From: Ranitomeya imitator
Lineage: Eukaryota
NCBI RefSeq assembly: GCF_032444005.1
Contig: NC_091288.1
Span: 198,648,001-198,712,000, forward strand
Direction: 5' to 3'
DNA: 64,000 nucleotides
Shown: one piece after another, positions 37,453-52,713 of the stretch
How the letters are laid out: every line of letters begins with the position of its first letter
Numbering within the stretch: position 1 is the first letter of the stretch
Notes under the pieces: model-generated
What the model was told of the DNA's origin: nothing
Database searches by the model: none
Seen by the model: the letters and a program-made list of their open reading frames with translations, nothing else
Translations under genes and position numbers: made by a program

Positions 37453-37525
37453 GTGGAAAATTCAAAATCTCCAACCGTTCTGTGCTCAACCAATCAGACG
37501 AAAGGGAGGAGCTAGGAGCTAATTG
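37453..37525 (+). promoter_or_regulatory. Orphan H4-type promoter cassette
   Basis: GGAAAATTCAAA...CCAATCAG...AAAGGGAGGAGCTA, homologous to 39222-39290, with no CDS downstream. Confidence 0.6.
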
Positions 37526-38387
37526 CAAAATTTCTACTAGCAATCTCCCCCGGATACGCGTCGGAACAGGTGAATATGCATGGCTCACCCTCCCCCGTCA
37601 TACTCACCCTCCTGGCAGCGTCTCTGCAAGTCCCTGCTTCTCCGATGGTCTCTGGTGCCGGCAACTTGTTCCTGTGTTCGTCATGGTACCGCTCATTAAA
37701 GTAATGAATATGCGCTCCACGCCTGTGGGAGTGGAGCCACGTATGTATTCATTACTTTGTTTAGTGGTCACGTGGTACCACTCATTACAGGAAGAGATGC
37801 AGGCGCCAGAGACTATCTGAGAAGCAGAGACCGCGCCAGTATGAGGTGAGTATGATGTGCCAGCCGCCGACCCCCTGGTACAATGACTCCAGTATAAGAC
37901 GAGAGGGGCACTTTCAGCCTAAAAAAAATGGCTGCAAATCTCAGATTATACTCGAATGTATAAGGTAAATGCCTCTGGCACTATAGAGGGCGATGTAGTA
38001 AGGATTATTTTTCAGTTACACTGGTGTTTAACCCTTTTGCTGCCTGTACAGTTTTTACATTAAAGCAATGAATTAAAAAAAAACACCAACAAACTAATTT
38101 GTACTTTACAATTATGAGCAGGTTCCTGTAATTTTGCATTAAAGCATGATATTTTATATAAAAACAAATGCATAAAAATGTCTTTCTGGGTTGTAATTGG
38201 TACATGAGGTAACGGCATAAATGAAGTACCATCATCTGGTGATTAAATGATGGGAAATCTCTTCTAATTTCACTTGCTTCTTTCGTCCTTCCAAATCTCC
38301 ATTTATGGAAGTTCTTCATCAGAAAATGAACAAATGTCTATCATTGCATTACGCTGAGGTTGGGACGCTCTGGGGGTATCACATCCA

Positions 38388-38901
38388 CAGGAAGGATATA
38401 ATGGAACTAGAGAGAGTACAAAGGAGGCCAACAAAATTAATAAAGGGAATGGGAGAACTACAATACCCAGATAGATTAGCGAAATTAGGATTATTTAGTC
38501 TAGAAAAAAGACGGGGCGATCTAATAACCATGTATAAGTATATAAGGGGACAATACAAATATCTCGCTGAGGATTTGTTTATACCAAGGAAGGTGACGGG
38601 CACAAGGGGGCATTCTTTGCGTCTGGAAGAGAGAAGGTTTTTCCACCAACATAGAAGAGGATTCTTTACTGTTAGGGCAGTGAGAATCTGGAATTGCTTG
38701 CCTGAGGAGGTGGTGATGGCGAACTCAGTCGAGGGGTTCAAGAGAGGCCTGGATGTCTTCCTGGAGCAGAACAATATTGTATCATACAATTATTAGGTTC
38801 TGTAGAAGGACGTAGATCTGGGGATTTATTATGATGGAATATAGGCTGAACTGGAAGGACAAATGTATTTTTTCGGCCTTACTAACTATGTTACTATGTT
38901 A
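38388..38901 (+). mobile_element. CR1 LINE 3' fragment
   Basis: RKDIMELERVQRR...NNIVSYNY with a 6-bp internal deletion; (CTATGTTA)n tail. Confidence 0.93.
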
Positions 38902-39221
38902 CATTGTATAGGGGATAACTGTGGGTGCATCAAAGTGTGTGTGTGTGTGTGGGGGACTTAGGGCATCATACTGTTTGGGGAGTTACTGGGGGTATTGTAC
39001 CCCCACACAGTAACTGTGGGGACATCCTGCTGTGTGGGTATCTTACTGTGTAGGAGGCATCATACTGTGTGGAGGGTAACTGGGGGCATCATCTGTTGTG
39101 GAAGATATGATCCACCATGATCTGGAACAGTAATGACAATATTTAGGATACCCTCAATCATAAGGGAAGGAAATTACACATAATAGAAGCTGGAAAGATA
39201 ATTGCAGAAACTGAGCAATGA

Positions 39222-39364
39222 GCGGGAAAATCAAACTTCCCTACAGTTTAGTATTTAGCCAATCAGCAGAGAAAGGGAGGAGCTAATGTAGATTCTGTAA
39301 GCCCCGTCCCGGAAGTGCGTCATCTCTGCAGTTCTCTCTCTGGTCCATTCTCCCTCCATATAAA
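39222..39364 (+). promoter_or_regulatory. H4 promoter: GCGGGAAA, CCAAT, GGTCC element, TATAAA
   Basis: GCGGGAAA 39222-39229; CCAAT 39259-39263; GGTCC 39342-39346; TATAAA 39359-39364. Confidence 0.8.
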
Positions 39365-39406
39365 GGTGCAGTCCCTGAGTCTCAGGAATCAGTTTTTGCT
39401 CATTAA

Positions 39407-39727
<321 letters not shown>

Positions 39728-39757
39728 TTGTGTTCTCTTCTGTCCTCACAACCCAAA

Positions 39758-39773
39758 GGCTCTTTTCAGAGCC
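39758..39773 (+). terminator. Histone 3' stem-loop of H4
   Basis: GGCTCTTTTCAGAGCC. Confidence 0.97.
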
Positions 39774-39845
39774 ACCCACATCTTCTAAGTGAGGGCTGCA
39801 CCTGACTGCTAGGATCTGATTTCTCTGCTTTGGTGATGTCGCTGT

Positions 39846-40270
39846 AATGTTAGTAGAACACTCATCGGTGCCAACGTTACGCTCCGAATACTGACTAGTC
39901 CCAAGGATATCCTGACGTGGAAAGATTAAACGGCTTACCCGAAGCAGATCCCTCTACAGCTCTAATCAGGGGGGTGTTCAGGGCGGTTTCCAAATGTAGG
40001 TTAATATTCTGTCTAGACATTTAATATCCTGTTCTTATTGGGCGCTGATTAGTAGATTTATGGGGGATATATATCCGCACTGGGCCGCAGTGATAATTTC
40101 CTGATCAGATCCGTGTACAGGGAATGTGGCTGTAGGAGGCAGCTGGATAGATGGACGCCCTGTGTGTCATCACATAGGGTACGGCGACTCCTATGTGATG
40201 ACCACGTCCTGGACACTAATGTTTCGGGTGGATGGCGCCTCTGAAGACTATTATAACCTCCTCAGAATAA
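39846..40270 (-). repeat. H4 3'-flank sequence, inverted internally deleted paralog of ~7555-8372
   Basis: AATGTTAGTAGAACACTCATCGGTGCC is the reverse complement of 8346-8372; further blocks match ~7950-8100 and ~7555-7760. Confidence 0.8.
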
Positions 40271-40557
40271 TGATGGGCTGTTTGAGGTCTGATAGCCACG
40301 GCTGCGCGTTTTGAGGTCCTGTCATGTATTTATATATATCCGGTGTGTGCAGTGTATGGGGGGACACAGGTGTTGGTTCTGTTCCCTACAGCTCCTGTCC
40401 TGTATATGTATATACAAAGCGTATACATTGTGTGCAGTGTATGGGGGACACAGCGCTGCCGGGGCCTGGGGTGAAGGTGCCGCATCTGTGGATACTCTGG
40501 TAAAGAAAAGATCAGCTGGAAAACGGCACGTAAGGAGTTAAACGGGAGAGGAAAGAC

Positions 40558-41034
40558 GGGCAACAAAATTAATAAAGGGGATGGGAGAACTACAATACCC
40601 AGATAGATTAGCGAAATTAGGATTATTTAGTCTAGAAAAAAGACGACTGAGGGGCGATCTAATAACCATGTATAAGTATATAAGGGGACAATACAAATAT
40701 CTCGCTGAGGATCTGTTTATACCAAGGAAGGTGACGGGCACAAGGGGGCATTCTTTGCGTCTGGAGGAGAGAAGGTTTTTCCACCAACATAGAAGAGGAT
40801 TCTTTACTGTTAGGGCAGTGAGAATCTGGAATTGCTTGCCTGAGGAGGTGGTGATGGCGAACTCAGTCGAGGGGTTCAAGAGAGGCCTGGATGTCTTCCT
40901 GGAGCAGAACAATATTGTATCATACAATTAGGTTCTGTAGAGGGACGTAGATCTGGGGATTTGTTGTGATGGAGTGTGGGCTGAACTGGATGGACAGATG
41001 TCTTTTTTCGGCCTTACTAACTAAGTTACTATGT
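40558..41034 (+). mobile_element. CR1 3' fragment (duplicate of 92-568)
   Basis: Same ORF and same A-to-G cluster in the 3' UTR. Confidence 0.93.
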
Positions 41035-41427
41035 ACATCACTGAAGGCTGAGCGTTACCAAGGTTTCTCGCTCATTGTCTGATCACAGAATCCGTTGGGG
41101 AATTTGAATTCCCCGCTCATAATCTCCGGAGGATTGTTACAGGTCACTGATAGCGACAACCATCCCCCACCCCCTTACTGCGGGACCTGCTAACTACATG
41201 TAGACCTCACCGCGGAGTATCAGACACTAAGGAGGGGACATTTCCTGCGAGCTTGGCAGACGACACTCCACCTGAGGGTCTGAGACTTCATGTGGGATTG
41301 ACCCATTCATCTCCTGTTATTCTGTGGATATGTGCACCAACAATGGCGGCAATGGTGTATGAACTATCAGCCTCATGCGAGGACCCCCGAGATAGGCGGC
41401 GCCGGCTCTTGTGGTGACGGTGTGGGT

Positions 41428-41443
41428 GGCTCTTAGAAGAGCC
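41428..41443 (-). terminator. H2A stem-loop, copy 2
   Basis: GGCTCTTCTAAGAGCC on minus. Confidence 0.95.
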
Positions 41444-41472
41444 TTTGGTTTTGTAGAGATTGGCGGCAGCGC

Positions 41473-41865
41473 TCACTTGCTCTTGCTCGCCTTGCTGCTC
41501 TCGGTCTTCTTGGGCAGCAGCACGGCCTGGATGTTGGGCAAGACGCCCCCCTGGGCAATGGTCACCCCACCCAGCAGCCTGTTCAGCTCCTCGTCATTGC
41601 GCACCGCCAGCTGCAGGTGACGGGGGATGATGCGGGTCTTCTTGTTGTCCCGGGCAGCATTGCCGGCCAATTCCAGGATCTCAGCGGTCAGATACTCCAG
41701 CACAGCGGCCAGATAGACCGGAGCGCCGGCGCCGACTCTCTCAGCGTAGTTGCCCTTGCGGAGAAGCCTGTGCACACGACCGACTGGGAACTGCAGTCCT
41801 GCCCGGGATGAGCGGGTCTTGGCCTTAGCACGGACCTTTCCTCCTTGTTTGCCGCGTCCAGACAT
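41473..41865 (-). CDS. H2A: Histone H2A, copy 2
   Basis: Identical protein to 1007-1399; one synonymous CTG/TTG difference seen. Confidence 0.99.
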   Translation of the reverse strand: MSGRGKQGGKVRAKAKTRSSRAGLQFPVGRVHRLLRKGNYAERVGAGAPVYLAAVLEYLTAEILELAGNAARDNKKTRIIPRHLQLAVRNDEELNRLLGGVTIAQGGVLPNIQAVLLPKKTESSKASKSK

Positions 41866-42656
41866 GATGCCGATAACTAATGACGGAAAATCGTGTAGAG
41901 AAGAGTCTGTGCTGTGTCGCCTTATATAGTCCGTTGCTCCGCCCTCCTCTCCTGTCGTTGGACGGATCTGAAGATGAAAATGGAGAAGAGTATTGGAGAT
42001 CCACCAATGAGCTACAGAGGGCGGAGCTTATTATTGCTCCTTGCTCAAATGAGTTTCTCACCCAATAGAAAACGTTCGCTTTGGACAGAATAGATAAGGG
42101 GTGAAAACAGATATCTGTCCTGGAGCAGAAGGAAATGCAGAAATATTCTGTTGACTTGTTGTTTGCACTTGTTGGACTTGTGTCTTCTATCAGCCATATA
42201 TTGCACTGACAGTCTGGCGGGTGAGGGGTTAATTCCTGTCAGGAGGAGGCTCCTCACTCACCCGCTTATTATCCTGTGCAGATTCCCTGTGGTGTCCGCG
42301 CTTATACTATCACAGCCTGACTGAGACAAGTCTCCTATGTTCTGCCCGGAGCCTGATGTGACGCTGCCGGGTCTCGGGTGGGGGAAGTCGCCGCTTCTGT
42401 AAAGCGAGTGTGTAGTGGGGGGTCAGCACACACGGACACTGAGGAGTTAAATGGAGGCGGATATTCCTGTATCTGGGATTGGTCGGCGCCTGCGGATGTC
42501 TCTCGCTCATTGGCTGATTACAGATCCGTTGCTGGTTTTGAATTCCCCGCTCAGTTTCTGCTCTTTGTCCGTCGGGTTTATTACCGGCCCCTCTGCTGGA
42601 GCGGCGATCGCTGATAATACCGGGTCCTGTCATCCCAGCTGTCTGCCCCCAAACAC

Positions 42657-43543
42657 CTCCGTGTCCTTGACCTGAGTGCACACCATTATCCTTGTTCATG
42701 TGATTTTTTGCTTGGTGTAGCACCGGTTTACCAGATGACGTCTGACATCTTCGCATACGACGACGCAACCAGTTCCAGCATCTTATCGCAAGTTTCAAAC
42801 TCAAGTGAATTCTTGAAAACCCCTCCCCATGAGTTGAGGACGAGGGACTACGAGAAGGAGCGACGAAAATTAATCTCATATGATTTACACTGCATAACTT
42901 TGGCAGAACATCATAAACAGGGCAAGATCCCGAGAGGTCTTAGGTGCAACCTGCGCCCAACACTTTTTTCTGAAGATCCCGATTACTGTGACAAATACAA
43001 GAGAATACTAAATAAATGTTCTTTAGACATCATTATTCTGACCATTGAATTTCTACAAAAGGCTATTACGGAAACAAAGGACAGTATTAGAGCAATTGAA
43101 ACACAACTATCTTCTACATTGGCATCCACAGACTCTTACTTTTCGCTGCTCCGGACAGTATTCCCTTCATCGCCTCTGGTTGCCTTGTAAATATTGTACA
43201 TATTATATTTTGGTGTATGTTTATTATTTTGTCTTTTTTGTTCTTATTCGTTTTCTATTACATATAATGTTATGTCACATACAGTTACTTATACTGTTTA
43301 TTTGCTTTCCTAGTAACCCCATGAATAAGACCCGGGAGGGTCGAAACGTCGGGTTTCTATCTACGAATTATCACAGTGGCAATTGTTGACTTGTTTTCGT
43401 GAATAAATCTGGCATATACCTTTTGCATCATACCAGTTTCGAGTGTGCGGTATTTTTTCTTCTACTATTAACTTGACCACACGGTCTGTTTTACCAGCAC
43501 CTCCGTGTCCTTGACCTGAGTGCACACCATTATCCTTGTTCAT
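42657..43543 (+). mobile_element. Penelope-like fragment, copy 2
   Basis: Duplicate of 2191-3084 with a 7-bp deletion. Confidence 0.72.
43315..43356 (+). ncRNA. Hammerhead-like motif, copy 2
   Basis: Identical to 2856-2897. Confidence 0.7.
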
Positions 43544-43980
43544 GCCCCCAAACACGGGCGGGGATCGGTCGCCATTATTACTCTGGGGAGGTTATAATAA
43601 CCTTCATAGGCGCCATCCATCCGAAACATTAGTGTCCGGGACGTGGTCATCACATAGGAGTCTCCGTACCCGGTACACAGGGCGTCCATCTATCCAGCTG
43701 CCTCAGACAGCCACATTCCCTGTGAATATTCGCTGCCCTATTCACCCCACACGGATCTGATCAGGAGAATATTACTGTACAGCCCATTTCCCTGTAAATC
43801 CGTGTTCTATTTATTTTATATATCAATAAGAAGAAACCGCATTTGTGCTGTGATGGGAGTCACCAGTACTTGGGGCATCTTACAGTCAGACTTGTGATCG
43901 GATCTCTCTGCACTGCAGTGGTTTTATCTCACGTCATATTAACCCTATGAGATCTATGGCATTCGTTTTACATTATTACA

Positions 43981-44990
43981 TCTAGTGCTAGAGGATCCTA
44001 TCCTGCAATTGTATTGGGATATTTCTCCCATGATTCGTTGTTCCCCTCCACATTCTCGGAACTTCTACATGTGGGCAAAACAGAATTCATTGTCTTTCCC
44101 ACATCACACGCAACCCCCCAACGAACCTATCCATTACAGGAAACGGCTGCCCACTCTCCTCAGTCCAAGTTCGCTGCCTCGGGGTAATCCTTGACACTCA
44201 TCTCTCCTTCAAACCTCATATCCAAGCCCTTTCCACTTCCTGCCGCCTTCAACTCAAAATATTTCAAGGATCTGTAGATTTCTAAACCAAGAATCTGCAA
44301 AAACCCTAGTCTATGCCCTCATCATCTCCCGCCTGGACTACTGTAACCTCCTGCTCTGTGGCCTCCCCTCTAACACTCTCGCACCCCTCCTATCTATTCT
44401 AAACTCTCCTGCCCGACTAACCAACCTGTCCCCCGCTATTCCCCGGCCTCTCCCCTCTGTCAATCCCTTCACTGGCTCCCCATTACCCAGAGACTCCAGT
44501 ACAAAAGCCTAACCATGACATACAAAGCCATCCACAAAATGTCTCCTTTATACATCTGTGACCTCCTCTCCCGGTACTTTCCTGCAACCTCCGATCCTCA
44601 CAAGATCTCCTTCTCTACTCCCCTCTTATCTCCTCTTCCCACAATCGCATACAAGATTTCTCTTGCGCATCACCCCTACTCTGGAACCCTCTACCACAAC
44701 ACATCAGACTCTCACCTACCATGGAAACCTTCAAAAAGAGCCTAAAGACCCACCTCTTCCGACAAGCCTACAACCTGCAGTAACCACCACTGATCGACCA
44801 GCTCTACCTTCACCTACTGTATCCTCATCCATCCATTGTAGATTGCGAGCCCTCGTGGGCAGGGTCCTCTCTCCTCCTGTACCAGTTATGACTTGTATTG
44901 TTCAAGATCATTGTACCTGTTATTATGTATACCCCTCCTCACATGTAAAGCGCCATGGAATAAATGGCGCTATAATAATAAATAATAATA
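43981..44990 (+). mobile_element. L2 fragment, copy 2
   Basis: Duplicate of 3522-4531. Confidence 0.8.
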
Positions 44991-46042
44991 TTGCCCGAGA
45001 GCCGCCAGTCCTGACACTAGATGAAGCGGGGGAGGAAAAGTGATAGAACAGAAGGACGATCAGTAACTGAGCAGGGATCCTGTGAGGAGGATGTGACGGC
45101 CGATAATGTAACTGCCTGACCTGTGAGATCCTGACACCACAGGGTAATGTTCTGAGCAGGGACACTCCGCAATCTTCTACACATGATCCTACATTTCCCA
45201 TCACAGACCTCCTGCCTGCAGCCGTAGGACTGATCTGTAATGGGGAGACATGGTGGGATCTGCTGGGAAGGGCAGAATTGGTCTTCCCTGAAATGTCTCT
45301 TGTAGGATATGTCCCTGACCAGTATATCGTCTCCATAATACGGATTGTGACGGGAAAGGGACGATCTGATCGTCTCCAGGTCAGACACACGGGAACATCA
45401 CAGCATGTGGAGAACACGAATCATTCTCTATATCCATGAGAGGAAACCGGAGCGGATACAGCGCCGCTAACCTGGAAATCTGCAGATTCCTGTGTGGGAT
45501 GTAAGAGACCAATGATCGCTCAACACAAGCAGATTTCCCGATATCGGTCCTGTGACCAGGTGTTATATGAAGACAAAAGACGGAAAAAAGCGGGAACCGT
45601 AAACGTGTTACCATTGGAAACATTAGCTCCTCCCTCTGCTGATTGGCTGAACACAGGACGGTTGGGGGTTTGAATTTCCCGCCGCTTCTAAATGTAATGA
45701 CGTCACTTACACTGTAAAAAGAATCCAGATTAGGCTCTAGATCAACTCCACCACAAATGGCTCCTGTTACCTGAGAAACGAGAGTAATGAACTAATAAAC
45801 GAGACCCCAGAATGCCGAGATCTGTGCAGCAAGGAGTTAAATAAGAAGTCCCTGAATACACATCAACTCGCTGAGCAATGCCCAGATTATTCCTGAGATT
45901 TCCTCACCATCTCCCTCGTCACCAGGCGCAGAGCCCCGGGCGGAGCGAGCAGACACCTCGGGGAGACGGGAGAGGACACCGGAGCAGTGTGGGTGGCTCT
46001 TATAGTGAGGGTGTAGGTGGCTCTTATAGGGAGGGTGTGGGT

Positions 46043-46058
46043 GGCTCTTAGAAGAGCC
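46043..46058 (-). terminator. H2B stem-loop, copy 2 (with the same 24-bp triplication at 45987-46050)
   Basis: Identical to 5528-5599. Confidence 0.95.
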
Positions 46059-46088
46059 TTTGGGGTGAGGAGCGGAGCACGGANNNNN

Positions 46089-46487
<399 letters not shown>

Positions 46488-47279
46488 TCAGCACAAGTGA
46501 GAAGAATAATGATCCTGCGCCTCCAAGAGCGGCGGAATTTATAGCCCGGCCATGCAGATGAGCACTGCTGTCAGACCGCCGTTCTATTGGGTGATGAAGT
46601 CATGTGACCAACGAGAACGTTAGACGCTCCGCCCACTGCAGCTGATTGGTGGTTTCCCAAATCATTGCTTCATCTTTGCAGCGGGGATGCTGTATAGCGA
46701 TGTAAAACCCTGTATAATGCTCTATACATCTAAATAGTGCTGTGAAGCTCCATATACCGCAGTGCACCCTCATATAGCGCTGTATGTGTTCATGTTCTAT
46801 TTACCCTTCATAGTGCTGTTATTCATCTGAATAGTGCAGAGTACCCCCATATACTGCAACCTACTGACAAATGACTGTGCCACATTATGCAGGCAGTTAC
46901 AGTACAGCGCCCGACATGTTACACTCCGTATAGTGCAGTAATATCTCCAGATGGTGCTGGAAACCCCAGCTAGTCAGCTGTGCCAGGACTGCAAACCCTG
47001 TGAATTCAGTGAGATGTTTCGGTAGTAGCCGCACCCAGTTTTCTAGGAAGAGCCGGCTTCCCTCAGGAGCTGTGTCCCCTGTATAAACTGCACTTATCCC
47101 TCCTGTGTGTGATCTCAGTAACATGAAGCCGGATCAGTCACTTCAGCCACGAATCTCTGCTCTGTGGTGACCGCAGTACAGTGGAGCACGGATCGTGTAT
47201 AGTGACCTCTATATACCGCCTGGTGCAGTGTGAACCATCAGTGTGATCAGCGGTGCGGCTCTTAGGAGGAGGATGTGGG

Positions 47280-47295
47280 GGCTCTTAGAAGAGCC
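47280..47295 (-). terminator. Orphan histone stem-loop, copy 2
   Basis: Duplicate of 6821-6836. Confidence 0.85.
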
Positions 47296-48904
47296 TTTGA
47301 GTGTGTGGACAGATGTGGAGGAGCGGAGTTTACAGTCCTGGCACAGCAGACTAGCCGCTTCCTGGATCTACGAGGAAACGGCCATTATCTGTCCCAATCA
47401 CTGCACAAAGTCCTCCTTCAATAAGGGCTAATTTCCAGCTATCTGCAGATTATTCCGAGGCTGAGTTCTGCGAGCGACACTCAATTTGCACTGACAGTCT
47501 GGCGGGTGAGGGGTTAATCCCTGTCAGTGTTTCTCCTCCGCTCCATCTGCACAGGAGGCGGCTCCTCACTCACCCGCGTATTATCCTGTGCAGATCCCCT
47601 GTGGTGTCCGCGCTGATCCTATCACAGCCTGACTGAGACAAGTCTCCTATGTTCTGCCCGGAGCCTGATGTGACGCTGCCGGGTCTCGGGTGGGGGAAGT
47701 CGCCGCTTCTATAAAGCGAGTGAGTAGTGGGGGTCAGCACACACGGACACTAAGGAGTTAATGGGGGCGGATGTTCCTGTATCTGGGATTGGTCGGCGCC
47801 TGTGGATGCCTCTCGCTCATTGGCTGATTACAGATCCGTTGCTGGTTTTGAATTTCCCGCTCAATCGCTTTTCTTTGTCCGTCGGATTATTACCGGCCCC
47901 TCTGCTGGAGCGGCGATCGCTGTGTATACCGGTGGGAGCAGCTCTACCCCGCTGATAATACCGGGTCCTGTCCTCCCAACTGTCTGCCCCCAAACACGGG
48001 GATCAGTCGCCATTATTATTCTGAGGAGGTTATAATAGTCTTCAGAGGCGACATCCATCCGACACATTAGTGTCCAGGACTTGGTCATCACACAGGAGCC
48101 TCCGTACCCGGTACACAGGGCGTCCATCTATCCAGCTGCCTCTTACAGCCACATTCCCTGTACACGGATCTGATCAGGAAATTATCACTGCGGCCCAGTG
48201 CGGATATATATCCCCCATGAATCCATGTTATCTTTGTAGGTCAATGAGAAGAAACCGCATCACCCGAAGTCCGCGGTGAAAGACGGGGGAGCAGACACGG
48301 CCCCAGTATGTCAGGACCCGGGAGCATACAACTAGCACGTCCCAGGCTGAGGCCGGTACTACAGGCAGCCGCACAGGGGATATTTTGCCCTGCAGAGACG
48401 CTGAGCCGGATACTAATCAATCAGCGCCCAATAAGAACAGGATCTTAAATGTCTAGACAGAATATTAACCTACATTTGGAAACCGCCCGGAACACCCCCT
48501 GATTAGAGCTGTAGAGAGATCTGCTTCCAATAAGCCTTTCCACGTCAGGATATCCTTCGGAAACTGAATGTGTGGGAATATGGTTAAAGAGACCCTACTC
48601 CCAGATCATACACACACGGAATCCGTCGGGTACAAAACAGGATTTGCAAATAGGTCTCACAACCAAAAGCAGCGACAGAACCATCCGCCCAAAAACGGCA
48701 TCAGAGGACGTTACCGAACTGCGGATCAGGGTCAGAATTACCATTCCCCACAATTATTTGGCCGATGGTAGTTTTCGACTATTCAGTATTCGGAGCGTAA
48801 ATTCGGCACCGATGAGTGTTCTACTAACATTACAGCGACATCACCACAGCAGAGAAATGAGATCCTAGCAGTCAGGTGCAGCCTCTCACTTAGAAGATGT
48901 GGGT

Positions 48905-48920
48905 GGCTCTGAAAAGAGCC
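48905..48920 (-). terminator. H4 stem-loop, copy 2
   Basis: GGCTCTTTTCAGAGCC on minus. Confidence 0.97.
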
Positions 48921-48950
48921 TTTGGGTTGTGAAGACAGAAGAGAACACAA

Positions 48951-49271
<321 letters not shown>

Positions 49272-49776
49272 TTAATGAGCAAAAACTGATTCCTGAGCCT
49301 CAGGGACTGCACCTTTATATGGAGGGAGAATGGACCAGAGAGAGAACTGCAGAGATGACGCACTTCCGGGACGGGGCTTACAGAATCTACATTAGCTCCT
49401 CCCTTTCTCTGCTGATTGGCTAAATACTAAACTGTAGGGAAGTTTGATTTTCCCGCTCATTGCTCAGTTTCTGCAATTATCTTTCCAGCTTCTATTATGT
49501 GTAATTTCCTTCCCTTATGATTGAGGGTATCCTAAATATTGTCATTACTGTTCCAGATCATGGTGGATCATATCTTCCACAACAGATGATGCCCCCAGTT
49601 ACCCTCCACACAGTATGATGCCTCCTACACAGTAAGATACCCACACAGCAGGATGTCCCCACAGTTACTGTGTGGGGGTACAATACCCCCAGTAACTCCC
49701 CAAACAGTATGATGCCCTAAGTCCCCCACACACACACACACACTTTGATGCACCCACAGTTATCCCCTATACAATG

Positions 49777-50290
49777 TAACATAGTAACATAGTTAGTAAG
49801 GCCGAAAAAATACATTTGTCCTTCCAGTTCAGCCTATATTCCATCATAATAAATCCCCAGATCTACGTCCTTCTACAGAACCTAATAATTGTATGATACA
49901 ATATTGTTCTGCTCCAGGAAGACATCCAGGCCTCTCTTGAACCCCTCGACTGAGTTCGCCATCACCACCTCCTCAGGCAAGCAATTCCAGATTCTCACTG
50001 CCCTAACAGTAAAGAATCCTCTTCTATGTTGGTGGAAAAACCTTCTCTCTTCCAGACGCAAAGAATGCCCCCTTGTGCCCGTCACCTTCCTTGGTATAAA
50101 CAGATCCTCAGCGAGATATTTGTATTGTCCCCTTATATACTTATACATGGTTATTAGATCGCCCCGTCTTTTTTCTAGACTAAATAATCCTAATTTCGCT
50201 AACCTATCTGGGTATTGTAGTTCTCCCATTCCCTTTATTAATTTTGTTGGCCTCCTTTGTACTCTCTCTAGTTCCATTATATCCTTCCTG
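49777..50290 (-). mobile_element. CR1 3' fragment (inverted duplicate of 38388-38901)
   Basis: Shares the 6-bp deletion. Confidence 0.93.
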
Positions 50291-51873
50291 TGGATGTGAT
50301 ACCCCCAGAGCGTCCCAACCTCAGCGTAATGCAATGATAGACATTTGTTCATTTTCTGATGAAGAACTTCCATAAATGGAGATTTGGAAGGACGAAAGAA
50401 GCAAGTGAAATTAGAAGAGATTTCCCATCATTTAATCACCAGATGATGGTACTTCATTTATGCCGTTACCTCATGTACCAATTACAACCCAGAAAGACAT
50501 TTTTATGCATTTGTTTTTATATAAAATATCATGCTTTAATGCAAAATTACAGGAACCTGCTCATAATTGTAAAGTACAAATTAGTTTGTTGGTGTTTTTT
50601 TTTAATTCATTGCTTTAATGTAAAAACTGTACAGGCAGCAAAAGGGTTAAACACCAGTGTAACTGAAAAATAATCCTTACTACATCGCCCTCTATAGTGC
50701 CAGAGGCATTTACCTTATACATTCGAGTATAATCTGAGATTTGCAGCCATTTTTTTTAGGCTGAAAGTGCCCCTCTCGTCTTATACTGGAGTCATTGTAC
50801 CAGGGGGTCGGCGGCTGGCACATCATACTCACCTCATACTGGCGCGGTCTCTGCTTCTCAGATAGTCTCTGGCGCCTGCATCTCTTCCTGTAATGAGTGG
50901 TACCACGTGACCACTAAACAAAGTAATGAATACATACGTGGCTCCACTCCCACAGGCGTGGAGCGCATATTCATTACTTTAATGAGCGGTACCATGACGA
51001 ACACAGGAACAAGTTGCCGGCACCAGAGACCATCGGAGAAGCAGGGACTTGCAGAGACGCTGCCAGGAGGGTGAGTATGACGGGGGAGGGTGAGCCATGC
51101 ATATTCACCTGTTCCGACGCGTATCCGGGGGAGATTGCTAGTAGAAATTTTGCAATTAGCTCCTAGCTCCTCCCTTTCGTCTGATTGGTTGAGCACAGAA
51201 CGGTTGGAGATTTTGAATTTTCCACTTTATTGTGCTCTTCTTTTCCCGCTTCTCTATTCTTCTCATCTCAGCGTCGCTTAGATCTGTTGGTTATTTTGAT
51301 TTTTACTTCCATTGTAGTTTCGGTTGTTATTTTACAGCTTGTTATAAAGTAGAATAAAAAATACATTTTAAGGACACTGATCTACAGATAACTCATCTGA
51401 TCCCCGGCAGTCACTCATCATTACACGTGGTGCCCGACTGGTGGCCATTACCGGTCACTGCAGAGCAGGGAGCTGTATGTAACCAGACCCCCGGCGGCAC
51501 CAGCCACAGATAAGATGAGAAAACTCAAATATATGATAATTACAACCTAAAGCCGCAAGACTGCAGAGGCGGCACTAGGACCCCATTTACGTCTGCGCTG
51601 TACAGAAACCGCGCCTCCACCACCAAAGACCCGGGCTGTGCACAGCGCACACTTTACCCTGTCCTTATAAAACGTCAGTCATGTAATTGATGTCGCACTT
51701 TTGGACTTGGTGAGAATAAAGGATGCGCGGAGCGGTAACTGGAATATCGCTGATCACCTACAATATCGGACACAGCAGCCGGCTATTACCTTTCCTGACC
51801 GCGCTCCGTATATGGAGAATACGCGCAGAAGAGAGACCGTTCAGGACTCGGCTCATTTGTGGGAGGATTTGGT

Positions 51874-51889
51874 GGCTCTGAAAAGAGCC
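51874..51889 (-). terminator. H3 stem-loop, copy 2
   Basis: GGCTCTTTTCAGAGCC on minus. Confidence 0.97.
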
Positions 51890-51918
51890 TTTGTGTTGTG
51901 GTCGCAGCCGGGGCAGAT

Positions 51919-52545
<627 letters not shown>

Positions 52546-52713
52546 TCAGATCACTCATTTGCCGCTGCTGGAGCAGCTGATGTATCTGCGTTGAAATGTC
52601 CCCGTGTATAGCGCTGTACAGTGCAGCTCCCACATTATCGTCAGATCACACAAACCCCCCATCCTGAGACTGCGCCCAGCATCAGTTATATTAAAAACAT
52701 TACAAGTAGGAAA

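Noticed and set aside
38902-39110. (GT)n and GGGCATCATACTGTG-like degenerate repeats
   Set aside because: Ordinary low-complexity or minisatellite sequence with uncertain boundaries.
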